NCBI GenBank assembly: GCA_964500695.1
Contig: CAZCNT010000002.1
Location: forward strand, 1 to 56,713
DNA length: 56,713 bases
Source of the DNA: an uncultured Gammaproteobacteria bacterium
GTDB lineage: Bacteria > Patescibacteriota > Microgenomatia > UBA8517
Direction of reading: 5' to 3'
Of the stretch, positions 16,809-26,376 are shown piece by piece. Both the position numbers and the translations under genes were made by a program. The notes under the pieces were generated by a model that worked only from the letters and a program-made list of their open reading frames with translations, was not told where the DNA came from and did not search any database. Numbering within the stretch: position 1 is the first letter of the stretch; each line of letters starts with the position of its first letter.

Positions 16809-18483
16809 GTACACCAAGCACATACTTTTTGTAGTTGCACTACTTTTTATTTTCAGGGATTTGGTGGGGAATATGTCAACGAACCTACCTGATTGGCGGG
16901 ACTATGCTTTCATCACTTGGATAACAAACCAGAACATAAACCATATTAAAACTCTCGACTTTGCAAACATATTCAATACCAATGCCTTTTTCCCCCATAC
17001 AAACACCCTCTTTCTATCCGAAACTTTTTTTACTCTGTCTCTTGTAGGCCTACCGATTTCACTTTTTGTAAAAGATCCAATCATATTATTTAACTTGTTA
17101 TTTCTACTAACTTTCGTTCTGAACTATGTCAGTTCATTTCTGTTCTGGAAAAAAATAACAAAGTCCGAGGGTGTGGCATTCATTGGTTCAGTGGCTACCG
17201 TTTTTTCCCCCTATTTCTATGCACAGTTTGGCCACTTTCAAATGATCACATATTGGCCACTAATGTTCTCCTTATATTTTCTTGTAGAGAGCAAAAGAAA
17301 CAAAAAGAAATTATTTCTGGTCGGTCTTTTTCTTGCCATACAATTTCTTGCCAGCGTATATCTCACATATTTCCTTTGTGTCGCAATATTGCTATACCTA
17401 TTCTTTGACTTTCTCAAAAACCGAAACATCAAAAGTGTGCTTGTGTCATTTTTTATAATATTTTCTTTGTTTTTAACGCTAGATGGGGTGTTTATCAAAG
17501 GCTACATGAATACCCAAAAATACTTTGGGGTTAAAAGAGAGTACGGTGAATACGTTGGCTACTCTGCCCATTTGACCGACTATCTATTTCCACGACAGCA
17601 AAGTTATCTGTACAATAATACTTTCTTCAAAAAGTGGAATGCCTACAACAAACACAATTTGGGCGAGGTTGCATCATTCCCCGGATTCGTTCTCACAATT
17701 ACAGCTCTCCTCGGAATTTTCGGATTTAAGAATTCTAAAAACTCCATCGTGGTCATGTTCAAAAAAGAGGTAGAGCGATATTGGTTTCTTTCGTTAGCTA
17801 CTATTGGATTTCTTTTTTCACTCGGACCGCGTCTAAATTTTAATGGTGTCTACAGCGGAATTCCCACTATTTATACATTGCTACTCAAAATTCCTTTTGT
17901 TGAGGCCATCAGAGGCCTTGAGAGATGGTCATTTTTGTTTTACTTCGGCCTTACTTATTTTTCTCTCCTTTATATAAAAACTATTAAGAGAAGATCTGTA
18001 CTCTTCATCGTATTGACCATTCTCCTCCTTGAACTTATGCCCTTTAAAACGCTAACTTATGCCGGCTCCTATATCACCAATAACGACGAAGTGCTCAGGG
18101 ACATCTGTTCTATTCAAAAAACAGCAATTCTGGAAATACCGGTAACCCATTTCGACACAACCGGGTCTATCGCTGAAGGTGTAAGCTATATAACTACAAG
18201 AGAGCTCGCCACTTTGTATAATCATTGTCACCTGATAAACGGTTATACCGGATACGACTTACCAAGCATTGCAAACACCAAAAACCAAATTTACGAATCA
18301 ATCGCCAGCAAAGACAGTCAAGGCTTTTATAAAACAATCAGCGAATCTGGTGCGCAAATCCTTGTCTTAAACAGAAAAAACCTTTTACCAGAGACAATAA
18401 CAACTTTTAACAAGTTCCTGCTAGAACTTGTTAAAACTTCACAGTTAAAACCACTTGGGAAGGATGTGTATAAAATAAATTAG
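16798..18483 (+). CDS. Candidate GT-C-like polytopic membrane protein with a C-terminal soluble domain
   Basis: 561 aa. About 11 TM helices followed by a ~140-aa C-terminal domain. Family not recognised with confidence. Confidence 0.5.
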   Translation: MGSKYTKHILFVVALLFIFRDLVGNMSTNLPDWRDYAFITWITNQNINHIKTLDFANIFNTNAFFPHTNTLFLSETFFTLSLVGLPISLFVKDPIILFNLLFLLTFVLNYVSSFLFWKKITKSEGVAFIGSVATVFSPYFYAQFGHFQMITYWPLMFSLYFLVESKRNKKKLFLVGLFLAIQFLASVYLTYFLCVAILLYLFFDFLKNRNIKSVLVSFFIIFSLFLTLDGVFIKGYMNTQKYFGVKREYGEYVGYSAHLTDYLFPRQQSYLYNNTFFKKWNAYNKHNLGEVASFPGFVLTITALLGIFGFKNSKNSIVVMFKKEVERYWFLSLATIGFLFSLGPRLNFNGVYSGIPTIYTLLLKIPFVEAIRGLERWSFLFYFGLTYFSLLYIKTIKRRSVLFIVLTILLLELMPFKTLTYAGSYITNNDEVLRDICSIQKTAILEIPVTHFDTTGSIAEGVSYITTRELATLYNHCHLINGYTGYDLPSIANTKNQIYESIASKDSQGFYKTISESGAQILVLNRKNLLPETITTFNKFLLELVKTSQLKPLGKDVYKIN

Positions 18484-18488
18484 ATTGC

Positions 18489-19559
18489 ATGGCGGCTAAA
18501 ACTGTTAAAAACCTCAACAGCAAGATTTACTACCAAGGACAGTATTGGAATGATCTCCCGCAAGTGCAAAATTATATTGCGAAAAGTATAACCGGAGACG
18601 AAAATAAATGGTGGGTAGAATATTTTAAACAGAAATACGCCACTACCCCCTTTCACCATGGCCTATTTTTAAATTGCGGTGACGGAAGATGGGAAAGAGA
18701 ATTTATCGACAGAAAAATCGTAAAAACAGCTACCGCATTTGATGTGTCTCCAGATTTTATTAAGAAAGCCTTACTGCTAAGAGGTAAGAGAAAAATAGAA
18801 TACATACTTGCAGATGCTAATAAAGTCAAATTGCCAAAAAACAAATACGATCTTATCGTTAATTATGCTGCCCTTCATCACACCCAATACATTAACCGAT
18901 TATGCAATGTATTGGCCAATTCGCTAACGCAGGACGGTATTTTTTTAAATTTCGATTATGTAGGTCCCTCAAGAAATCAATATCCTATTGTTAATTGGTT
19001 AATATTGAAATTGGTAAATAACACGCTTCCCAAAAATCTTAAAAAAACTACTCTCGGATACCCCCACTTACCCACAATGCTTGCAACCGATCCGACAGAA
19101 GCCATACACTCGAATTTAATTGTTGACAGCGTGTCTAGATTTTTTAATATCACAGAGAAACGCAACACCGGTGGCGGCATTGCCTATGAGATATTAACCC
19201 ACAATACAAATCTCAATAAAAAAATTATCTCCTTAAAAAAATCAAAAAAACATATACAAAGACTTCTGAAGTTGGATAGAATATTTACAACACTAAAAAT
19301 AGTTCCTGTTTATTTCTCATTTTTCATTGCTTCAAAAAAATCTCAAAGAGACGTCAAAACTGCGTACTTTCAGCAGATTGAAAACATTCGAGAAAAATAC
19401 TCTCTTAAACTTGAAAACACATATACACTTTTTAATTTCCTTGTGATGTTTAAACACTATCGATCCTGGAGAAAAAGAGCTAAAATGACCGGAGATTACA
19501 TGATATACACATTGGCCAGAGTCGCGAGTCTTTTTTTAGCATTCTTAAAGCACATATGA
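18489..19559 (+). CDS. Class I SAM-dependent methyltransferase with a C-terminal hydrophobic tail
   Basis: LFLNCGDGRWE (motif I-like), DLIVNYAALHH, LTQDGIFLNFDY. Confidence 0.7.
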   Translation: MAAKTVKNLNSKIYYQGQYWNDLPQVQNYIAKSITGDENKWWVEYFKQKYATTPFHHGLFLNCGDGRWEREFIDRKIVKTATAFDVSPDFIKKALLLRGKRKIEYILADANKVKLPKNKYDLIVNYAALHHTQYINRLCNVLANSLTQDGIFLNFDYVGPSRNQYPIVNWLILKLVNNTLPKNLKKTTLGYPHLPTMLATDPTEAIHSNLIVDSVSRFFNITEKRNTGGGIAYEILTHNTNLNKKIISLKKSKKHIQRLLKLDRIFTTLKIVPVYFSFFIASKKSQRDVKTAYFQQIENIREKYSLKLENTYTLFNFLVMFKHYRSWRKRAKMTGDYMIYTLARVASLFLAFLKHI

Positions 19560-21652
19560 AAAGGTTGCTCATATCTTTATTTTTCTTTTTTTACCTCTTT
19601 CTATCGTTGTTCGTATCGGGAATCGTAGATTCGCAAGACGGTCTCCAATATTTAGCTGTGGCACGCAATCTTTATTACCAACATGAACCAACGGCTCCTG
19701 TTTATGAATATGGAAACGAAGGTGGGTGGAAAAATATCCATATGAGTACTTTTGTCGGAAGGAACGGCAAAACTTACACTTTAACGGGGTTGGGATTTTC
19801 TCTGGCAATGGTACCATCAGTTGCTCTTGCAGATATTTTTTACAAAATCTACAATTTAACACCTAGTATCCATTTCCCCCTCGAATCAGATTGGATAATC
19901 CTATTTACTACAAGTTTTACAAACATATTCTTTGCAGCAGTTCTGGCTATTACCATTTTTTCATTTCTGATTCTTATTAAAGTTTCCCAACAAAACGCAT
20001 TAATTATAACTGTCCTTGCTTTCCTGACTACCAATCTTTTCGCTTTTTCTAAACACATCACAGCACACATGATGTTCGCCTGTTTTTTGACTCTTAGTTT
20101 CTATTTCTTAAAAAAATATTCAATTAACAAAAGAGCGCTCTTCATATTCTTGTCGGGGATCACTTTCGGAATTCTTCTTATTACCTACAACAACACTTTT
20201 ATGCTGACAATTCCGTCTATCATAATCTATTATCTTTTAATCACCAGAACAAAAATTGATCGTCGTTTTATAATAAATGCTTTTAAGGATTCTGCATTAT
20301 TTCTCTTGGGTGCAATGCCGTTTTTTTTACTATATCTGTGGTATGAGAATACCCGAGCGCCAACCGATGCCATACTTTCATCTCCAACCTTCTTGGCATT
20401 TTATACAAGCACCAGAACTTTAAAAGTCCCCCTTACTGTTTTTTTTGAAGGTATATATGGACAGCTTTTAAGCTCCGGTCGCAGTATTTTTATTTACTCT
20501 CCGCTTTTACTGGTCCCATTAATATTCTGGCATAAATTCAAAAAGGACATACTTCCCGAAATTATTTCTTGGACAATTTTGGCAGCAACTTATATTCTTT
20601 TCTACTCCACATTATTCTCAGACGGGGGACCGGGGCAAGGAGTAACCGCTCTGTGGTCTGGAGAGGCTAGTTGGGGTCCAAGGTATTTAGCGCCACTTAT
20701 CCCTTTCGGAGTGATACTCTCAGGATATATATATCAAAAGGTAAATAAAATGGGAAAGGTTCTGGTTTTTCTTCCTCTCTTATTGTTTGGGTTTTATGTT
20801 GAAATATTAGGAGTTTTAATGCCCTACCAAATTAAATTGCACCACCTTGAAGCACACTTTTACGTAAATCAGACTGAGTATACATCATACGCATATAGCA
20901 ATCTTCTACCCAGATATTCTCCAATAATAATGATGAGCAAAAATCTCGTAAGATTAATAAAGAATTTCAAAAGCAGGACTTTCCCCGGAAATTTCAACAC
21001 AAAATTCTACGATGGAATAGACTTCGCTTTTGATGTGGGATCGGAAAGATGGAGAGTGGTTCAAGGCACAGGTTACATATCGTTTAATAACGGCATCGAA
21101 GATGTGAAGAATATTACTTTTGACATGATCAACCACCCTATTGCCGACACGAAAGAGCCTCTCTATTTGGACTTCGCCCTTAACGGTAACAAACTAAACG
21201 ACGTTCCCTATATACTGAAAATCGGTGAGAGGAGAAAAATTATTCTAAGCATAAACCAGACTCTTCTTAAGAATACAGAAAACACGTTAATGGTTAATAG
21301 TAGTTATAAGAATCCTAGAGTCACCAAAGACAAAGACAACACCCAGCTGCCCGCAATAATCAACATGTGGATTAACGGTAAGTCGATTAACAAGGAGCAC
21401 ATATCTGTCCCCTACATTTCAGCTCTTGGCCCCAAAACGGCTGGGATTTCTTACAAAAATTGGGGAGGGACAAACATAGACCCATGGCTGTCGTGGAATA
21501 TCCACACACAAATCTATGAACGTACACCTGATTTCTGGTGGTTACGTCCTATCTATTACTGGGATGTTAACAAAAAACCGTTTATTTTTCTTTTTATTGC
21601 CAACCTTGTCGGCGTTGTGTTTTTTACTTATAAACTGAGGAAAACTATTTAA
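19556..21652 (+). CDS. Candidate GT-C-like polytopic membrane protein with a ~250-aa C-terminal extracytoplasmic domain
   Basis: 698 aa. The first loop has DSQDGLQY. Many TM helices, a beta-rich C-terminal domain and a final TM helix. ATGA overlap with the upstream gene. Confidence 0.5.
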   Translation: MKRLLISLFFFFYLFLSLFVSGIVDSQDGLQYLAVARNLYYQHEPTAPVYEYGNEGGWKNIHMSTFVGRNGKTYTLTGLGFSLAMVPSVALADIFYKIYNLTPSIHFPLESDWIILFTTSFTNIFFAAVLAITIFSFLILIKVSQQNALIITVLAFLTTNLFAFSKHITAHMMFACFLTLSFYFLKKYSINKRALFIFLSGITFGILLITYNNTFMLTIPSIIIYYLLITRTKIDRRFIINAFKDSALFLLGAMPFFLLYLWYENTRAPTDAILSSPTFLAFYTSTRTLKVPLTVFFEGIYGQLLSSGRSIFIYSPLLLVPLIFWHKFKKDILPEIISWTILAATYILFYSTLFSDGGPGQGVTALWSGEASWGPRYLAPLIPFGVILSGYIYQKVNKMGKVLVFLPLLLFGFYVEILGVLMPYQIKLHHLEAHFYVNQTEYTSYAYSNLLPRYSPIIMMSKNLVRLIKNFKSRTFPGNFNTKFYDGIDFAFDVGSERWRVVQGTGYISFNNGIEDVKNITFDMINHPIADTKEPLYLDFALNGNKLNDVPYILKIGERRKIILSINQTLLKNTENTLMVNSSYKNPRVTKDKDNTQLPAIINMWINGKSINKEHISVPYISALGPKTAGISYKNWGGTNIDPWLSWNIHTQIYERTPDFWWLRPIYYWDVNKKPFIFLFIANLVGVVFFTYKLRKTI

Positions 21653-22583
21653 TTTTGCGCATCCAAAAAGATCCTCCCCCGATAGGTACCATGTCAGAGA
21701 AAACTGCTTTAACTTTTTTTGGATATTTTTCATTCATATACCCTCTTGCAAAAACTATTTCAAAAGCGTTGTTAAAAAGCAAAAAAGCATGAAGAAGATA
21801 CTGCTCGGACCAAAATCTTCTTTCTTTTAATACCCAATCCTTAGGATAATCGTAAGGCAAAAATATATCGTGAACATGTATATATACCCCCTTCTTCAAC
21901 CTGGGCAGAACTTCAAAAAAAATGTAGTTTACATCCCCTCCAATCCTGACAACATGAGAAGAATCAATAAATAGAATATCGTCCGCTTCTAGACTCTCAA
22001 AGATCTTCAGTGGTACATTTTCAACCTTACGTTTAATAAGCTTTGAAAATCCCGGAAAACCTTTAGTTAATATCGGTTGCGGGTAGGGTTCGATTGAAAT
22101 CAATTTTGTATTTCCGTTTTTTAAACAGGCCGATGCTGCAATTTTTGTTGACCATCCTGAACCTATTTCTAAAACTGTTTTCGGCCTAAGGTGCCGAATC
22201 ATTCCATAATAGCTTAGAGCGTCAATACCATCAAAGGCCATGTTATTTAAATAAAAATTTGAATCGTTCTGAGCATTTACCGCCTTAGAAAAATTCTTAA
22301 ATGTTTTATATTCATTTTTGAATTCGTCAAGCTTTCTTAATACTTCCAGTTGTGTTTTGTCATTGGTATTTATTCCAATCATGCTTTTTTCACCAAAATC
22401 ACTAATCTTAAGTTTCGAAGTATCGGGAATTGGATGGTAATAATGATTGGGAATGATATGAAACCCCACTTTTTGCCAATAATTAAACCCGTCATAATAA
22501 CCAAGATCCCCTTTTTGAATTTTATAAAGACCAATTAAGCTGGCGGTAATTTTTTTAAGTAATTCTCTATACAACATTTTCAC
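21645..22583 (-). CDS. Class I SAM-dependent methyltransferase (Methyltransf_24 / TylF-like)
   Basis: TVLEIGSGWSTKIAA and DILFIDSSH motifs. The start is GTG 22583 or ATG 22577. Confidence 0.7.
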   Translation of the reverse strand: MKMLYRELLKKITASLIGLYKIQKGDLGYYDGFNYWQKVGFHIIPNHYYHPIPDTSKLKISDFGEKSMIGINTNDKTQLEVLRKLDEFKNEYKTFKNFSKAVNAQNDSNFYLNNMAFDGIDALSYYGMIRHLRPKTVLEIGSGWSTKIAASACLKNGNTKLISIEPYPQPILTKGFPGFSKLIKRKVENVPLKIFESLEADDILFIDSSHVVRIGGDVNYIFFEVLPRLKKGVYIHVHDIFLPYDYPKDWVLKERRFWSEQYLLHAFLLFNNAFEIVFARGYMNEKYPKKVKAVFSDMVPIGGGSFWMRKIK

Positions 22584-22586
22584 TGC

Positions 22587-22616
22587 TTGATTATAACATG
22601 CACTTAATTCTATAAT
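22587..22616 (+). promoter_or_regulatory. Sigma70-like promoter: ttgatt-N18-tataat
   Basis: -35 at 22587-22592 and -10 at 22611-22616. ATG 22630 begins 13 nt after the -10, and no SD is visible. Confidence 0.4.
22590..22598 (-). promoter_or_regulatory. Extended -10 box TGTTATAAT on the minus strand
   Basis: The reverse complement of attataaca is tgttataat. Only 6 nt separate it from GTG 22583, which fits a leaderless start. Confidence 0.4.
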
Positions 22617-22629
22617 TTATGATCTTTAC

Positions 22630-23622
22630 ATGCTAAAAAAAACAAGTTCTCTAAAATATTTGAGCTTTGGGAAATCCACAAGTTTTCTAACCTGTCCAAG
22701 GTGTTTTATCGTTCCCGAGAGTTCGCTCCAATACAAAGGAGCTTTCCTGATATGTAAAAGTTGCAAACAAAAATATCCGATAAAGAAAAGGGTCTTACAA
22801 TTAATTTATCCAGGGGCGCTATCCAGGCAAGTTAGGAATGAATTATCCGGAAATGAAATACCTCTGACCAGGAAAAATATTGAGCGTTTTGCAACAAAAG
22901 ACAAATGGAGCAAATATTACAACCATTTTGTAGACCAGAAGATTAATTACCTGATGGAAGGTCTGGGCCACAGGAATTTCAGAGGAATAATTTCCCTTGG
23001 ATCAGGCCCCGGATTTGAAATTAAGGAAATATTAAAAAAAAGGCATTTTCCTTTAGTGTTTTCCTCAGACCTAGCTCCTTCTGCAACAAGTATCGTTCCT
23101 TACACCTTAAGTAATGCCAATACTACCGTTTGTCTTTTTACCTCTGACCTTAACTATGTTCCAATTATTCCAAATAAATCCTATCCTATTCTGATTTACG
23201 AAGCTCTCCACCATACAAAAAGCTCTCTAAAAACTTTGGAGAGAATGATGCAAAAAAAATATTTTGACATTTTCTTCGTAGAACCGTGCACCAATTTTTT
23301 TATTCGCTTTCTAGCCAAACTTGGATTGGCACAGCGGGTTGAATATTCGGGTGTCCGCCCGGATTTTATAGATCTAGTAAAGGTAGGAGAACTGGCAAAA
23401 AAATACAAATACAAGCTTCATTTAAACACAATTTGGGACATCCCAGAAGAGTACATCAGACGCATTTGCAAAGAGGGCTCATGGGTAGAATCGGTTTTGC
23501 TGATTATTATCGATTTATCATCAAAAGTGGGAAACTTGCTTAATTGGGGAAGCTTCGCTATAGTACACCTACAAATAAATGAAACGCGCAGTGGATATCG
23601 TATTTATAGCCCACGGAAGTAA
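22630..23622 (+). CDS. Zinc-ribbon (Trm112-like) plus class I methyltransferase-fold protein
   Basis: N-terminal CPRC..x17..CKSC ribbon, followed by ISLGSGPGFE (motif I). Confidence 0.6.
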   Translation: MLKKTSSLKYLSFGKSTSFLTCPRCFIVPESSLQYKGAFLICKSCKQKYPIKKRVLQLIYPGALSRQVRNELSGNEIPLTRKNIERFATKDKWSKYYNHFVDQKINYLMEGLGHRNFRGIISLGSGPGFEIKEILKKRHFPLVFSSDLAPSATSIVPYTLSNANTTVCLFTSDLNYVPIIPNKSYPILIYEALHHTKSSLKTLERMMQKKYFDIFFVEPCTNFFIRFLAKLGLAQRVEYSGVRPDFIDLVKVGELAKKYKYKLHLNTIWDIPEEYIRRICKEGSWVESVLLIIIDLSSKVGNLLNWGSFAIVHLQINETRSGYRIYSPRK

Positions 23623-24571
23623 AAGCTTTGGCGCCGGGCACTTGTCAAGATGTAGTAAAATAAGCAACTACATCAAAGCCAAAACAAAGAATGAAGTTAG
23701 TATGCTTTTTTTGGGGCACTATGACAGTTGGGGAGAAAAAGCGGCAAAAGAAAATAGGCTTCAATATATCAACCTTGTCTCCGAGAACAATACCAAAGAG
23801 CTGGAGAAACATCTTTTTAAATTAAATCCCAAGATAATAATTAACGATAACTGGGTACTTAACCCTCCCGAGTATTATTTGATGTTAAAGAAATATTCAA
23901 ATTACCTAATTGTAATTGACGACTCCCTGCACGCACAGCATTTCTGCGATGTTCTGATAAATGTAGACCCCAATAAATATATTCCAAAACCCAAAAGAAA
24001 AGATCTCATATTTTTCCAGGGTTTGAAATATTTGGTACTTCCCTATCAAACAGATACTTTTCACTATGACATTACAGGAGATATCTTAATTTTTTTGGGC
24101 GGAACCGATTACAGAGAAATTGCCGTTGAACTTGCAAAAAATTTAGCTGACTTGATGAAGGATAAAAAAATTACAGTAATAGACACACCCCAAAAGGGAC
24201 TTCCTAAAAATGTAACTCTCGTGGAACCGTTTACTTACCCCATTACTTCGCTTCTCAAATTTCACAACATAATAATTACTTCAGGCGGAACTGCCATGCT
24301 CGAATCCATATACTTTAAAAAACCTACTTTTGCATTTGCCGCGCAACCTTGGGAAAAAGTTAATATAAAATACTTTGAAGAAAGGTCGCTGGTTAAGTGC
24401 ATCGGGAGCTATGAATATTATCCGAAATATCTTGCCGAGAACTTCATGAAATTTCTGAGTTCCCCCCTTGATTTTGCCTTTAACAAAAATTTAATTGACG
24501 GAATGGGGGTTGTCAGAATTGGTGCCGTCGTTCTGGACAAACTGTCTAGAGTGTCTCATAAAAATTCATAA
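23579..24571 (+). CDS. PseG/SpsG-like nucleotide-sugar hydrolase (GT-B, GT28-like fold)
   Basis: N-terminal IVFIAHGSKSFGAGHLSRC (G-x-G-H-x-x-R) and C-terminal ITSGGTAMLES. Sits directly upstream of the NeuB-like gene, as in the sps/pse loci. Confidence 0.6.
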   Translation: MKRAVDIVFIAHGSKSFGAGHLSRCSKISNYIKAKTKNEVSMLFLGHYDSWGEKAAKENRLQYINLVSENNTKELEKHLFKLNPKIIINDNWVLNPPEYYLMLKKYSNYLIVIDDSLHAQHFCDVLINVDPNKYIPKPKRKDLIFFQGLKYLVLPYQTDTFHYDITGDILIFLGGTDYREIAVELAKNLADLMKDKKITVIDTPQKGLPKNVTLVEPFTYPITSLLKFHNIIITSGGTAMLESIYFKKPTFAFAAQPWEKVNIKYFEERSLVKCIGSYEYYPKYLAENFMKFLSSPLDFAFNKNLIDGMGVVRIGAVVLDKLSRVSHKNS

Positions 24572-26376
24572 TGAAAGCTATTAAAGTCGGCAATAAAGAA
24601 ATAGGCGAAGCTTCTCCAACTTATGTTATAGCAGAAGCCGGGGTCAATCATAACGGAGATGTCGATTTAGCCAAAAGACATATCAGAGAAGCCTGGTTGT
24701 CAGGGGCGGATGCAATAAAATTCCAAATCTACAAAGCAGATAAACTGGTCACGAGGACCGCTCCTATCTATTGGAAAGTTGGAAATGATGAGGGTAAAAC
24801 TCAATACGATGTATTTTCTAAAATCCACAATTTTCCAATCGAGTTTTATAAAAAATGTATAGATTATGCCAATAAAATCGGAATTACTTTTTTCTGTACT
24901 CCGTTTGATTTAGATGCTGTTGACGTAATGGAAGAGATAGGAGTCAAACTTTATAAAGTTGCCTCCGGAGACATCACCTATCACCAACTTCTTAAGAAAA
25001 TTGCACAAACAGGAAAGCCAATTGTCCTTTCCACCGGAGCTTCAACTCTGGGAGAGATCGAAGAAGCCGTAAATATTATTGAGAAAGAGAATAATAGTCA
25101 AATTATCCTCCTTCACTGCACCCTAGCCTATCCAACTCCCCAAAAAGATATTAACCTTAACATGATTCCCACTCTGGCAAAACTTTTTCCTGACTACCCT
25201 ATTGGCCTATCTGACCATACCTTTAGCCCTCTGACCCCCGCGCTTTCTGTAATGGTGGGGGCTAAAGTTATTGAAAAACACTTTACGGTAGACAAAACTC
25301 TGGAAGGAAGCTCCGATCATAAACTTGGAGTAGACCCATACCAATTAAAATGTTTGGTGGAAAGCATCAGACTCGCCGAAGCATCTCTCGGGGGGGGTAT
25401 GAAAAGGCCGGAGGATGCCGAGAAACCAGCTTTAATGATGGCCAGAAGAAGTTTAGTTTCCACTCAAAACATAAAAAAAGGGGAAAAAATCACTAAACAA
25501 ATGCTCACCGCAAAAAGACCCGGAACCGGAATTCAACCAAAATTGATGGAGGAAATTATCGGTCTAACCTCTAAAAAAGATATTAAGGAGGATTCTATTT
25601 TTACATGGAACATGGTTAAAGACCCAAAAATTGATGTCATTATTCAGGCCAGAATGGGTTCTGTCAGATTTCCGGGAAAAACACTTAAAAAAATAAAAGA
25701 TAAAACACTATTGGAAAGAGTAATCGACAGGGCAAATAAGATTAGAGGCATATCGGAAATTATTGTGGCAACAACAAACAGAAGAAATGATGAAGCGATT
25801 GTCGACCATTGCAAAAAACTGGGAGTTTCATATTACGTTGGTAGTGAAACCGACGTCCTTAACAGACTGGTCAAGGCTTCCCAAGAACACTCATCCGATA
25901 TTGTTATCAGATTAACGGCAGATAACCCTTTTTTGGAACCAAGTGAGATAGATTCCTTAATTCAAAAACATCTAAAAAATGAAAACGATTACACCCTGTC
26001 TTTTGGTTATCCGCTCGGCTCTTCTGGAGAGGTTTTTGGTGTAGAAGGTTTGATCAAAGTTAGCAATCTCACTAAAGATAAACTTTCCCACGAACACCCC
26101 GGAGTGTATTTTCTTAATCACCCCGAAGAATTTAAAATAGAAGCAGATAAGGCACCCAAAAAAAGAGATTTCCCTGAAATAAGACTTACGATAGATGTAC
26201 CCAAAGACTTTAAAACCGCCGAAAATATAATAGATAAACTGGGTGAAAATTTTACAATCGATGACATTATTGCTCTTTACAGAAAAAACAATAAATTGTT
26301 TACAAACCGTAAAGTCGAGCAAGAAAAACCCAGCATGGCGTTTAAAAAAATTTTCAGTGGGGAAAACCCTTTTTAA
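24571..26376 (+). CDS. Fusion protein: nonulosonic-acid synthase (NeuB/PseI/SpsE-like, with SAF domain) plus CMP-sugar cytidylyltransferase (SpsF/PseF-like)
   Basis: Residues 1-345: YVIAEAGVNHNGDVDLAKRHI..GADAIKFQ..LHCTLAYPTP..SDHT, followed by a SAF-like segment (..KKGEKITKQMLTAKRPGTGI). Residues ~350-601: IIQARMGSVRFPGKTLKKI..TADNPF (CTP_transf_3-type). Confidence 0.85.
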   Translation: MKAIKVGNKEIGEASPTYVIAEAGVNHNGDVDLAKRHIREAWLSGADAIKFQIYKADKLVTRTAPIYWKVGNDEGKTQYDVFSKIHNFPIEFYKKCIDYANKIGITFFCTPFDLDAVDVMEEIGVKLYKVASGDITYHQLLKKIAQTGKPIVLSTGASTLGEIEEAVNIIEKENNSQIILLHCTLAYPTPQKDINLNMIPTLAKLFPDYPIGLSDHTFSPLTPALSVMVGAKVIEKHFTVDKTLEGSSDHKLGVDPYQLKCLVESIRLAEASLGGGMKRPEDAEKPALMMARRSLVSTQNIKKGEKITKQMLTAKRPGTGIQPKLMEEIIGLTSKKDIKEDSIFTWNMVKDPKIDVIIQARMGSVRFPGKTLKKIKDKTLLERVIDRANKIRGISEIIVATTNRRNDEAIVDHCKKLGVSYYVGSETDVLNRLVKASQEHSSDIVIRLTADNPFLEPSEIDSLIQKHLKNENDYTLSFGYPLGSSGEVFGVEGLIKVSNLTKDKLSHEHPGVYFLNHPEEFKIEADKAPKKRDFPEIRLTIDVPKDFKTAENIIDKLGENFTIDDIIALYRKNNKLFTNRKVEQEKPSMAFKKIFSGENPF

